DNA from: Candidatus Cloacimonadota bacterium
Lineage (GTDB): Bacteria; Cloacimonadota; Cloacimonadia; Cloacimonadales; Cloacimonadaceae
Direction of reading: 5' to 3'
DNA length: 64,000 nucleotides
Assembly (NCBI GenBank): GCA_018433885.1
Contig: JAHDQK010000042.1
Span: forward strand, 31-64,030
Positions within the stretch are counted from its first letter, which is position 1. Each line of letters opens with the position of its first letter. The notes under the pieces were generated by a model. It had not been told where the DNA came from. It searched no databases and saw nothing but the letters and a program-made list of their open reading frames with translations. Of the stretch, positions 37,061 through 45,784 are shown one piece after another. A program made the position numbers and the translations under genes.

Positions 37061-37192
37061 ATGAGCCAAGTCCAGATAATGCGCTGGGGGATAATCCCTT
37101 TCCGGGCTGGGAATATAAACTTCTTCTCCGTGATCCGAGATGAAGGAGAAGAGTCTCAAGCTCACTGTGTAATCTACGGATATCTTCAATAA
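37061..37192 (+). pseudogene. Possible relic of an SRAP (SOS response-associated peptidase, YedK/HMCES-like) gene
   Basis: A 43-codon ORF reads MSQVQIMRWGIIPFRAGN..., containing the hallmark SRAP motif RWG[LI]IP. An N-terminal-like TGC GGG (..NCG..) lies about 40 nt upstream in another frame. The rest is not alignable by eye. Confidence 0.3.
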
Positions 37193-37432
37193 TCTGTTTC
37201 TTCAATGCTCACAGCCAGATTTATCTTTTTCACATCAGAAGCACAGTGGATATCTGTCAACCACAATTTCTGTCTCATCCTTGCGTCATCCTGATCCTCG
37301 ATTCCTCCGATTTGAAGTTTAGGTGATGGATCTAATTTTTTTTAAGGTTTGTACTCATATATTCGTATCCCTTTGGAAATGCTCGCCTAACTGCGAAAGC
37401 TCAAGTGAACCCCAGCCGGGCAACATTTGTGT

Positions 37433-37446
37433 TGACAATATTGTCA
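37433..37446. promoter_or_regulatory. 14-bp perfect palindrome overlapping a TTGACA box upstream of the REC/PPDK_N gene (candidate operator)
   Basis: TGACAAT-ATTGTCA lies about 55 nt upstream of the ATG at 37499. Confidence 0.3.
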
Positions 37447-37498
37447 CGATTTTCACGTTCGAAAATGCTAAACAATCCGGTAATGAGAGGTGTGGATC

Positions 37499-40465
37499 AT
37501 GAAGATGGAAGAATTGAATTACTATTACAATAAATTCAAGTTTGGAGAGGATATATTTCATCAACTGATGCAGAATCGAGTGCGGGAAATCCTTTTGGTA
37601 TCTACATTTTACGATGCTTTTATCTTCGAACAGGATGGCAGGCTTTCGGAACAAATATTTGGGGAGTATCGCCAGCTAAATCTATCCACAGCCCCCAGAA
37701 TCACTTCCGTTCCCACCGGCGAAGAAGCCCTACAGAAGCTTAAAGAACACAATTTCGACCTCGTGATCACCATGATGCGCATCGGGGAAATGGGACCTTT
37801 TGAGCTGGCAAGGAAAGTAAAAGAACAACGCCCGGGGATTACTGTTTTACTGCTTCTTAATGTAGCTTCCGATTACACAATCTGGGAAAACCACCTTGAA
37901 GATAGAGTCTACATCGACAATGTATTTTTGTGGAATGGAGATACCAAGCTGTTCTTGGCGATGGTCAAAAACGTGGAAGACAACATGAACGCCGAGTTCG
38001 ATACCAGCCACGGTCTAGTAAGGGTGATCCTCCTTGTAGAAGATTCTGTGCATTATTACTCCATGTTTCTACCCTCGTTGTATTCTGTTATCATGAAGCA
38101 AACTCAAAGGCTCATCGAAGAAGAGGTGAGTGACATCAACAAGCACCTGCGCATGAGGATTCGCCCCAAAGTCTTGATGGCTCACGATTTTGAGGAAGCA
38201 ATCCAGCTCTATGATAAATATAAGGATTTCATGCTATGCGTGATCTCGGACGTTCGCTACAAGGTAAATGGCGAGGTGGATCCTGAAGCAGGAATCAAAT
38301 TGATCCGGCATATCATGTCCAAAAACAGCGACCTGCCCATGATCCTGCAATCCTCGGAAGGGCATAACGAAGAAGTAGCGCGGAAACTGGGGGTGCATTT
38401 TTTGAACAAGAACTCCAAGCGTCTCTTCAAAGACCTGCGAGAATACATGGTCTATAGTCTCGGTTTCGGCAATTTCATCTTCCGCAGCCCGGAGGGAGAT
38501 ATCTTGGATCAAGCTGCCAACATTGCGGATTTTGAAGAGAAAATCCTTAAGATTCCCGTGGATTCACTGGAGTTTCATAGCCGCTTCAACCACTTTTCGA
38601 ACTGGTTAATCGCCCACGGAGAAGTTCAGATAGCAAAAAAGATCCGCCCGATGAAGATCGAAGATTTTGAATCCCCAGACGAGTTGAGAAGGTTTTTGTA
38701 CCATGTCTTCCGTACCGTGCGCATCGAAAAAAACCGGGGGAAGATCATCAATTTTGATGCGGTTTCACTTTCCGAAATGAACCAGATCATCAGACTCACG
38801 GAAGGTTCCCTGGGCGGAAAGGGCAGAGGCCTGGCTTTTCTGAACGCTCTGCTTTGTACCATGGAATATGAAAAGAAGTTCGAAAACACCGCCATCTCGC
38901 TACCCTCCACCGCCATCATCGGAACTAACGAGTTTGATCTGTTTTTGGAAATCAACGGAATCACGGAAAAAGTACAGGGTTTGAGCGATACAGAGATCGA
39001 CGCTCTGTTCATCGAGGGCGAGCTCTCGGATTCCCTCATCTCGCGCTTGGAGATATATCTGGATCATGTGAATTACCCAATTGCGGTGCGCTCTTCCAGC
39101 CTGCTGGAGGATTCTCAGGCGCAACCTCTGGCGGGAGTTTACCGCACCTTCATGCTACCCAATAACCACCCAGAGCGGGATCATCGTCTTCGCCAATTGA
39201 TGAACGCGATCAAGCTGGTCTTTGCCAGCGTATTTCTATCCGATGCCAGGAACTTCTTGGATTCGCTTAACTTCAAGGCGGAAGAAGAAAAGATGGCGGT
39301 TATTATCCAAGAAATCGTCGGCTGCCTCAAAGGGGATCATTATTACTATCCCCATATCTCCGGAGTGGCACAAAGTTACAATTTCTATCCCACATCCCAC
39401 ATGGAGCACGCGGATGGCATCGCAAACATCGCCCTCGGCTTGGGCAAAGCCGTAGTGGAAGGTAAACTCAACTATCGCTTCTGTCCCAAATATCCGGATA
39501 TCGATATCCTCCCCCCGGAAGAAATGATGCGCAATTCGCAAAAAGACTTCTATGGCTTAAACCTTGCCAACAACGATTTTGACCTTACCAAAGGAGAAGA
39601 AATCACACTCTCTAAACTCAACCTTGCCGATGCCGACAAACACGGCAGCTTGCGCTATCTGGCTTCGATCTGGGATTATGAGAATTTCCGGCTGACGGAC
39701 AACCTACAGGAACGCGGGATGAAGGTTCTCACCTTTTCCAGCATCCTGAAATACAATTACTTCCCCTTGGCGAAGATCGTGGGAGAACTCCTCGAAATGG
39801 GCGAAATCGCTTTGGGTATTCCGGTCGAGATCGAATTTGCCGTGAATCTTGAACACGAGAAAAGCCACGCCAAGAAACCCACCTTCTACATCCTCCAGAT
39901 CCGCCCCCTCTCCGTGAGCAAGGATGCCTACCATATCGATGCCGCCAGACTGGATAAAAATGACCTGCTGATGTACACTGAACACGGCATGGGCAACGGA
40001 GTAATCGATGAACTAAGAGACGTTATCTATCTTGATCCTAAGCGTTTTGACAAGACTATGACCCCACAAATGCAAGAGGAAATTCATAGATTCAACTTAA
40101 AATTTGAAAACCAGAACAAGCACTACATCCTTATCGGACCAGGAAGATGGGGCTCCCGAGATAAATTCTTGGGCATCCCGGTTCGCTGGCCCCAGATCAA
40201 TCGCGCTAAAGTAATATTGGAAACCGGATTGCCGGATTTTATCGTGGAATCCAGCCAGGGAACGCATTTCTTCCACAACTTGGTGGCTATGAACGTGGGC
40301 TACTTCACAATACCCTATACTTCCGCCACAGACTTCGTGGATATGGATTGGCTGATTCGGCAACCCGCCGTTGAGCGGGGTGATTTCTTTGTGCACGTGG
40401 AGTTTGAACGGCCATTGATGGTAAGAATGGATGGCAAAACCGGGCTCGCAGTAATCCATAAATAA
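37499..40465 (+). CDS. Pseudo-receiver, then receiver, then PEP/pyruvate-binding (PPDK_N-type ATP-grasp) domain protein
   Basis: The first REC-like domain lacks the acidic pocket (LLVSTFYD) and has M in place of the phosphoacceptor (FDLVITMMRIGEMGP). The second REC has LLVEDS, LCVISDVRY, ILQSSE and FLNK. The C-terminal half has PPDK_N motifs (GGKGRGLAFL, IAVRSSSLLEDSQAQPLAGVYRTF). No phosphohistidine swivel or PEP-utiliser domain is visible. Confidence 0.75.
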   Translation: MKMEELNYYYNKFKFGEDIFHQLMQNRVREILLVSTFYDAFIFEQDGRLSEQIFGEYRQLNLSTAPRITSVPTGEEALQKLKEHNFDLVITMMRIGEMGPFELARKVKEQRPGITVLLLLNVASDYTIWENHLEDRVYIDNVFLWNGDTKLFLAMVKNVEDNMNAEFDTSHGLVRVILLVEDSVHYYSMFLPSLYSVIMKQTQRLIEEEVSDINKHLRMRIRPKVLMAHDFEEAIQLYDKYKDFMLCVISDVRYKVNGEVDPEAGIKLIRHIMSKNSDLPMILQSSEGHNEEVARKLGVHFLNKNSKRLFKDLREYMVYSLGFGNFIFRSPEGDILDQAANIADFEEKILKIPVDSLEFHSRFNHFSNWLIAHGEVQIAKKIRPMKIEDFESPDELRRFLYHVFRTVRIEKNRGKIINFDAVSLSEMNQIIRLTEGSLGGKGRGLAFLNALLCTMEYEKKFENTAISLPSTAIIGTNEFDLFLEINGITEKVQGLSDTEIDALFIEGELSDSLISRLEIYLDHVNYPIAVRSSSLLEDSQAQPLAGVYRTFMLPNNHPERDHRLRQLMNAIKLVFASVFLSDARNFLDSLNFKAEEEKMAVIIQEIVGCLKGDHYYYPHISGVAQSYNFYPTSHMEHADGIANIALGLGKAVVEGKLNYRFCPKYPDIDILPPEEMMRNSQKDFYGLNLANNDFDLTKGEEITLSKLNLADADKHGSLRYLASIWDYENFRLTDNLQERGMKVLTFSSILKYNYFPLAKIVGELLEMGEIALGIPVEIEFAVNLEHEKSHAKKPTFYILQIRPLSVSKDAYHIDAARLDKNDLLMYTEHGMGNGVIDELRDVIYLDPKRFDKTMTPQMQEEIHRFNLKFENQNKHYILIGPGRWGSRDKFLGIPVRWPQINRAKVILETGLPDFIVESSQGTHFFHNLVAMNVGYFTIPYTSATDFVDMDWLIRQPAVERGDFFVHVEFERPLMVRMDGKTGLAVIHK

Positions 40466-40510
40466 CCGGAATCCATGTTACAAGCGATGTAATAAATTGC
40501 ATTTCATATT

Positions 40511-40527
40511 TATCGGATGGATTAGGT
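40511..40527. repeat. Left direct repeat bracketing structured element copy 2
   Basis: TATCGGATGGATTAGGT. 15 of 17 positions are identical to 40775-40791, which lies 264 nt away. Confidence 0.55.
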
Positions 40528-40626
40528 TGTGGTTTATTGTGCTAGATGCCATCCCATTGTTTTGTGTCGCTATACAACATCACATTGACGCCCTATTAAA
40601 TATAATCGCGGCAGAATGCCACACCG

Positions 40627-40739
40627 AAAAAAAGCCCCAACGGGGCGACACCGATTATAGCGAGGGTGCGTAGCGTAGCCCCTCGTTCATTGCCCCCACC
40701 ACCCCCAAAGCCCTTCATGGGCGATACAAATACCGATAT
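40627..40739 (-). repeat. Structured GC-hairpin repeat element, copy 2 (inverted relative to copy 1)
   Basis: The minus strand reads ATATCGGTATTTGTATCGCCC-ATGA-AGGGCT ... ACGAGGGGCTACGCTACGCACCCTCGCTATAATCGGTGTCGCCCC-GTT-GGGGC plus T7. The stems are conserved with copy 1. The differences fall in loops and linkers. Confidence 0.7.
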
Positions 40740-40774
40740 CCATTTTTTAAACAACGTATCAATTGGTAAACACA

Positions 40775-40791
40775 TATCAGATGGATTGGGT
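40775..40791. repeat. Right direct repeat bracketing structured element copy 2
   Basis: TATCAGATGGATTGGGT. See 40511-40527. Confidence 0.55.
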
Positions 40792-40894
40792 ATAATAGAT
40801 TTCCCCTAAGATTCAACAAAAATAGCCTCGATTTAGGAACAAATATTGCATACCACTTATACAGGCCGCAAACAAGGCGACCAAAGGAGATATC

Positions 40895-41905
40895 GTGAAA
40901 AAAATTGTTGCTTTGTTACTTGTTTTGATGGCAACCTGCCTCATTGCCAATCCCATCGATCCGTCCGTGATCCAACAGCTATATTTCGATGGCAACGATG
41001 ATCTGATAATCCAGTTTGGAGATCAGGCAGCATGGTTGGCTGGATCCGAGGTAAGCATCCACTGTGGAGGCCAGAGTTTGGATTACCTTTTGCAGGAAGG
41101 GGAATATCCCTTGGAGATCAACCTCAGTGAATTACTCCCGGAAATTTCCGTAAACCGGGATTCCGGTAGCCTTACTCTGGAGACGGATATCATATATTTA
41201 GCAGAATTCGTCAATTGGGGCAACACAGAGGATTGCGATGTTTCTCCTCTCCAGAATTCTGAATCCATCTACCAATATCTGCAGGTAGTCCATGGTGAAT
41301 GGGAAGATTACACGTTAAAAACATGGGCAAAAAGTCCAGACCCCGCCATGGTGGAATATTACCATTGTGATGCGGGTTTTGAGCTTAGTATCGGGGTACG
41401 CAATCTGCAGCATGAACCGCTGGCGAACATACCAGTTTATTATCAGGATTTTTCCTCATTGATCGGCTACACAGATCAAAATGGCTCGCTGAATGTGTGT
41501 CTCCCCGCGCGCCGCACCAGGATCCGGGTCTATCATCCCGAAAGCCCCGCAACCCCGGTGTATGATCAAAGCTTCATGGGCGAACCTTATGGACTGAGTA
41601 TGCATACCGTGGTGATGGATTACACCGGGATAGATGATCCGCAAAACATCCTTGCCCCTGCCGCTTTGAACCTAAGCCCCAGCCTGATCCACCCTGGTGA
41701 AAGCATCTTGGTGGAGTATGGCAAGGAAAGCCCCAATGTATTTACCCTGGAGCTTTATGACATAAAGGGAAGATACATTAGCAGTTACGACTATCGGGAA
41801 GCCATGCGATTCACGCCCCCCGCTCTGGGGAGTGGTATGTATTTTCTGCGCCTCAAGGACGGCGAGAGAGCCTTGGACACCAAGAAGTTCATCCTGCTGA
41901 AGTAA
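40895..41905 (+). CDS. Secreted protein with T9SS C-terminal sorting domain
   Basis: The ORF has a GTG start with an AAAGGAGA RBS and a signal peptide (MKKIVALLLVLMATCLIA). The C-terminus is LNLSPSLIHPGESILVEY...FTLELYDIKGRYISS...GSGMYFLRLKDGERALDTKKFILLK (T9SS type A tail). Confidence 0.75.
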   Translation: MKKIVALLLVLMATCLIANPIDPSVIQQLYFDGNDDLIIQFGDQAAWLAGSEVSIHCGGQSLDYLLQEGEYPLEINLSELLPEISVNRDSGSLTLETDIIYLAEFVNWGNTEDCDVSPLQNSESIYQYLQVVHGEWEDYTLKTWAKSPDPAMVEYYHCDAGFELSIGVRNLQHEPLANIPVYYQDFSSLIGYTDQNGSLNVCLPARRTRIRVYHPESPATPVYDQSFMGEPYGLSMHTVVMDYTGIDDPQNILAPAALNLSPSLIHPGESILVEYGKESPNVFTLELYDIKGRYISSYDYREAMRFTPPALGSGMYFLRLKDGERALDTKKFILLK

Positions 41906-41915
41906 CGCTGGTGTT

Positions 41916-41933
41916 ATCCCTTCCGGAAGGGAT
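41916..41933 (+). terminator. 18-nt perfect palindrome after the T9SS-cargo gene (weak terminator candidate, no U-tract)
   Basis: ATCCCTTCC-GGAAGGGAT, 11 nt after the stop. Confidence 0.3.
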
Positions 41934-42093
41934 TGGGGATCTTGATTATAAGCCTTGCCGCCTCCCCATCCCCATCGCCCGATAAAGCTGCTCAGCCGCT
42001 TTGATGCAGTGGGCACTGCATCGACACGGCTTCGCGACTGCTTCGATGGATGGGGATGGACATTGCTTACCTTTTACACAATTGGGAGAATGC

Positions 42094-42118
42094 AAAACGC
42101 CGCCCGGGAGCAGGCGGC
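42094..42118 (-). terminator. Rho-independent terminator candidate for trpS
   Basis: The minus strand reads GCCGCC-TGCTCCCG-GGCGGC followed by GTTTTG, about 40 nt after the trpS stop. Confidence 0.55.
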
Positions 42119-42158
42119 AATTGATATAGATGGTGTTTCTTCAGCTACTTAGCACTGT

Positions 42159-43154
42159 TTAGTTCATACCGATGATATCTCGTAGCATATTTATCTTGGC
42201 GGCTGCCAAGGGTCTGGCTTTTTCTGCGCCTTCTTTTAGTACTTGATGGATATAATCTTGGTTTTCCATCAGCTCTTCATAGCGTTTGCGATATGGAGTA
42301 AGCACTTCGTTCATACGTTCAAAGAGCTCCTGTTTGGCATGCCCCCAACCCATACCTCCAGCCAGATACCGCTCTCTGATATCCGCAATCTGAGTTTCGT
42401 TCGCAAAGCATTTGTAAAGCGAAAACACGCTGCAGGTATCCGGATCTTTGGGTTCTTCCACACCTTGGGAATTGGTCACGATCTTCATAATCAGCTTACG
42501 GAGCTGCTTTTCCCCAGCGAAGAGGGGGATGATATTGCCATAGCTTTTGCTCATCTTTCGGCCATCCAGCCCCACCACGGTTTTACTGGTCTCATGCGCC
42601 AGAGCCTGAGGTAGCTTGATGACATCTGTCTGATAGGTATGATTGAAGCTTTGAGCTATATCCACTGCCATTTCCACGTGTTGGAACTGATCGTTCCCCA
42701 CCGGAACCAGGTCGGTATCAAAAAGCAGAATATCCGCCGCCATCAGCACGGGGTAGGTAAATAGCCCCATATTCACTCCGTCGTCGGGATCTCTTCCGGC
42801 TTCGTTGTTGTTTTGTAGCATCGCTTTGTAGGCGTGGGCACGGTTCATGAGCCCCTTGGGCGTAAACGCCAGCAAGATGGTGAGCAATTCGAAAGTCTCG
42901 GGGATCGCGCTCTGGCGGTAGAAGAGCGTTCTTTCGGGATCCAATCCACAAGCCAGCCAAGCTGCGGCGATCTCCACGGTCATCGTTCGTATCGCCTCGG
43001 GATCTTTGGTGCTGTTCAAAGCATGATAATCCGCGATAAAATAGCGGGCTTCGCAGGTTTTACTTAGTTCCAGCGCGGGTTGAATCGCGCCCAGGAAGTT
43101 TCCGATATGGGGAATTCCGGTAGGTTTGATGCCGGTCAAAGCTATTTTACTCAT
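42159..43154 (-). CDS. trpS: Tryptophan--tRNA ligase
   Basis: The start is taken at MSKIALTGIKPTG. The HIGH-type motif is GIPHIGNFLG, the KMSKS motif is RKMSKSYGN, and the size (about 330 aa) is typical of TrpRS. Confidence 0.9.
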   Translation of the reverse strand: MSKIALTGIKPTGIPHIGNFLGAIQPALELSKTCEARYFIADYHALNSTKDPEAIRTMTVEIAAAWLACGLDPERTLFYRQSAIPETFELLTILLAFTPKGLMNRAHAYKAMLQNNNEAGRDPDDGVNMGLFTYPVLMAADILLFDTDLVPVGNDQFQHVEMAVDIAQSFNHTYQTDVIKLPQALAHETSKTVVGLDGRKMSKSYGNIIPLFAGEKQLRKLIMKIVTNSQGVEEPKDPDTCSVFSLYKCFANETQIADIRERYLAGGMGWGHAKQELFERMNEVLTPYRKRYEELMENQDYIHQVLKEGAEKARPLAAAKINMLRDIIGMN

Positions 43155-43164
43155 GTCTTTATCC

Positions 43165-44478
43165 TTAAGTATCTGCGTCTGTAATTGCTTGGCAGGAAAG
43201 CTCATCTGCAAGAGCGTCCACTATCTCCACTTCCGTAAGTACTGGGTTATCCGGCTGGAGACCATCCACATAGGCAATGCCATCCACATCCGGTGCCTGA
43301 AACCACAAACGCCCGTACCAGGAGTTCATTTCTTCTGCATAACCTTCCACCAGAAACTGGTGCCGCGTGCCTACCATGGCTTGCATTTTACGTTCTCTCA
43401 GCTCCAGAAAGCTGGCTTCAAACTCGTTTTTTAGCTGTTCCACAAAAGCGAAGTCAAAATCCCCCACGCCGCTTTCGCTCTGCATTTCTTTTTCGGGAGA
43501 ATAGCCAAATACACCCACATAGAGGATGTCCACCTCGTCCAGAAACTTCAGGATCATGTCTCTATCCGCTTTACTTTCGGTGGGATAACCCAACATCAGG
43601 GTGGTGCGAAATACGCTTTGGGGAATCTCGCGGCGAATGTGCAGAAACAGTTCTTTTAGCTCCTGATAAGATTTTTGGCGGTTCATTTGTTTGATGATGC
43701 GGTCGCTCACATGCTGGATCGGTATCTCGAAATAGGGTAAGAGTTTAGGGAATCTGTGCCAGAGCGAAGTCCACTCCGGTTCAAAGTGGTCCGGATGCAT
43801 GTACATGATGCGAATCCAATCGTAACCGGGGATCTCGTGCAACTTTTCGATCAATTCCGGAAGTGCCTTTCTGCCATAGAGATCCGTGCCATAAAGGCAG
43901 CTATCCTGGGCGATCAGCACCAGCTCCCTGCCCCTGGGGGCAAGGCGCCGGGCTTCTTCCACCAGCTTTTCGATAGGTTCGGAGACCAGTTTGCCGCGGA
44001 TGGAAGGGATCATGCAATAGCTGCAATAGTTTTCACAACCGTCGGAGATGCGGAGATAGGCAAAAAGTCCATCTTGATCCAGCATTTCACGTCCTTCAAG
44101 ATCCACTACCCGGGGCTTTATCCCCTTGGGTAAAACATATCGCAAGAGATACTTTTCGAACGCGGCAAAATCCTTTAGCGCAATCCATTTGTTCACTTCC
44201 GGAAATAGCTCCTGAAACTCAGCGAGTGCGCGGTTCATCACGCAGCCTGTTACCACCACCCGGGTCTTTTTGGGATTTATGCTATCGATGATCTCAGAAA
44301 GCACTTCGTCGAGCTCTCCCAAGGAAGCCGCAAGGAAGGCGCAGGTGTTCACTAGAACAACATCTGCGTCTTCCACATAAACGGCTTCGCTAAAGCCATA
44401 GGATTTTAGGATGTGCACAAAATGCTCGCTATCTACGAGGTTTTTTGCGCATCCCAGGCTTTCCAGGTAGTATCTCAT
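43165..44478 (-). CDS. rimO: Ribosomal protein S12 methylthiotransferase
   Basis: The 437-aa ORF has MRYYLESLGCAKNLVDSE (MTTase N-domain), a radical SAM CENYCSYC motif and a C-terminal TRAM-like region. Confidence 0.85.
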   Translation of the reverse strand: MRYYLESLGCAKNLVDSEHFVHILKSYGFSEAVYVEDADVVLVNTCAFLAASLGELDEVLSEIIDSINPKKTRVVVTGCVMNRALAEFQELFPEVNKWIALKDFAAFEKYLLRYVLPKGIKPRVVDLEGREMLDQDGLFAYLRISDGCENYCSYCMIPSIRGKLVSEPIEKLVEEARRLAPRGRELVLIAQDSCLYGTDLYGRKALPELIEKLHEIPGYDWIRIMYMHPDHFEPEWTSLWHRFPKLLPYFEIPIQHVSDRIIKQMNRQKSYQELKELFLHIRREIPQSVFRTTLMLGYPTESKADRDMILKFLDEVDILYVGVFGYSPEKEMQSESGVGDFDFAFVEQLKNEFEASFLELRERKMQAMVGTRHQFLVEGYAEEMNSWYGRLWFQAPDVDGIAYVDGLQPDNPVLTEVEIVDALADELSCQAITDADT

Positions 44479-45728
44479 TATTTAAGCAGGTGAATAAATA
44501 GTCCGCTACGCAGTTTGGGTTCAAACCAAGTGGATTTCGGAGGCATGATCTCACCAGCATCAGCAATGCCGATCAGTTCGTCCATTGAGGTGGGATACAT
44601 CGCGAAAGCGACCTTTTCCCTGCCGCTATCCACGCGTTTCACCAATTCGCCAAGACCGCGGATACCGCCCACGAAATCGATGCGTTTGTCTGTGCGGGGG
44701 TCTTCAATGCCCAGGATGGGGTGCAGAAGATTCTTTTGCAGAATCGATACATCCAGGTTTTCCACCACATCCTGCTCGTTCCAAGTTCCCGCTTTGGGGC
44801 TTATAAAGTACCATTTGCCATCGATATACATGCTCATCTGATGCAGTTTGGAAGGGTTAAACGCGGCTCCGGTGGGGATCTCTTCCACGTTCCATTTTTC
44901 CGAGACTTTGGCGAAGAACTCTGCAACCGTGTTGCCCTTCAGATCTTTTACGACCCGGTTGTAATCGAATATCTTGAGCTGGTTATCCGGGAAGATAACG
45001 GTCATGAAGAAATTGAATTCTTCTTCCCCGGTGAAGTTTGGATACTGTTCCCGGCGCAGAAGCCCCACCTTGGCAGCGCTGGCGGTGCGGTGATGACCAT
45101 CGGCTACATACAGATAGCGAAGCCCGGCAAAAGCTTCTTCGATCGCCTTGATATCCTTCGGGTCATCCATCAACCACAGGCTGTGGCCAATGCCATCGTC
45201 CGAAACAAAGTCGTAGATGGCTTTGGTGGATTTGCATACGTTTTCCACAACAGTGTCGATAGTATCTTGATGACGATAGGTGAAAAACACGGGTGAAGGG
45301 TGGGCATCGCAAGTATCAACGTGGCGGATGCGGTCAGCTTCTTTGTCGGCACGGGTAAGCTCGTGTTTCTTGATCGTGCCGTCCATGTATTCGTCCACCG
45401 AACTCAGACCCACAAGGCCATATTGGGATCTGCCGTCCATGGTCTGACGATAAATGTAGAACATCGGTTTGTCGTCTTGGATCATATGGCCGTCGCTGAT
45501 GTATTTGTAAAGGTTTTCTTTGGCTTTGGCATATACTTTGGGATCATACAGATCGGTGCCTTCGGGAAGATCCACTTCCGGTTTTTCCACATGAATGAAG
45601 CTAAGAGGGTGTTTTGCCACTTCCACGCGGGCTTCATCGGAATCCATCACATCATAAGGTAGGGATGCGATTTGCGCTGCTTTCTCCGGAACCGGACGTA
45701 CAGCCTTGAAAGGTTTGAATGTTGCCAT
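44478..45728 (-). CDS. DUF1015 family protein
   Basis: The 416-aa ORF has the N-terminus MATFKPFKAVRPVPEKAAQIASLPYDVM and an ADGHHR motif typical of DUF1015. Its stop overlaps the rimO start (TAATG). Confidence 0.75.
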   Translation of the reverse strand: MATFKPFKAVRPVPEKAAQIASLPYDVMDSDEARVEVAKHPLSFIHVEKPEVDLPEGTDLYDPKVYAKAKENLYKYISDGHMIQDDKPMFYIYRQTMDGRSQYGLVGLSSVDEYMDGTIKKHELTRADKEADRIRHVDTCDAHPSPVFFTYRHQDTIDTVVENVCKSTKAIYDFVSDDGIGHSLWLMDDPKDIKAIEEAFAGLRYLYVADGHHRTASAAKVGLLRREQYPNFTGEEEFNFFMTVIFPDNQLKIFDYNRVVKDLKGNTVAEFFAKVSEKWNVEEIPTGAAFNPSKLHQMSMYIDGKWYFISPKAGTWNEQDVVENLDVSILQKNLLHPILGIEDPRTDKRIDFVGGIRGLGELVKRVDSGREKVAFAMYPTSMDELIGIADAGEIMPPKSTWFEPKLRSGLFIHLLK

Positions 45729-45784
45729 TTCTGATACCTCTTTTTTTTATATTTAATATGTTTATTGGTTTGGGGTTTTGCCTG

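Noticed and set aside
37040-37330. Minus-strand readings (MRQKLWLTDIHCASDVKKINLAVSIEETDY; ...DHGEEVYIPSPERDYPPAHYLDLAHAYA) that looked like a frameshifted small gene.
   Set aside because: I could not match them to any family. The plus strand of the same DNA carries the specific SRAP RWGIIP motif, so the minus-strand frames are more likely accidental.
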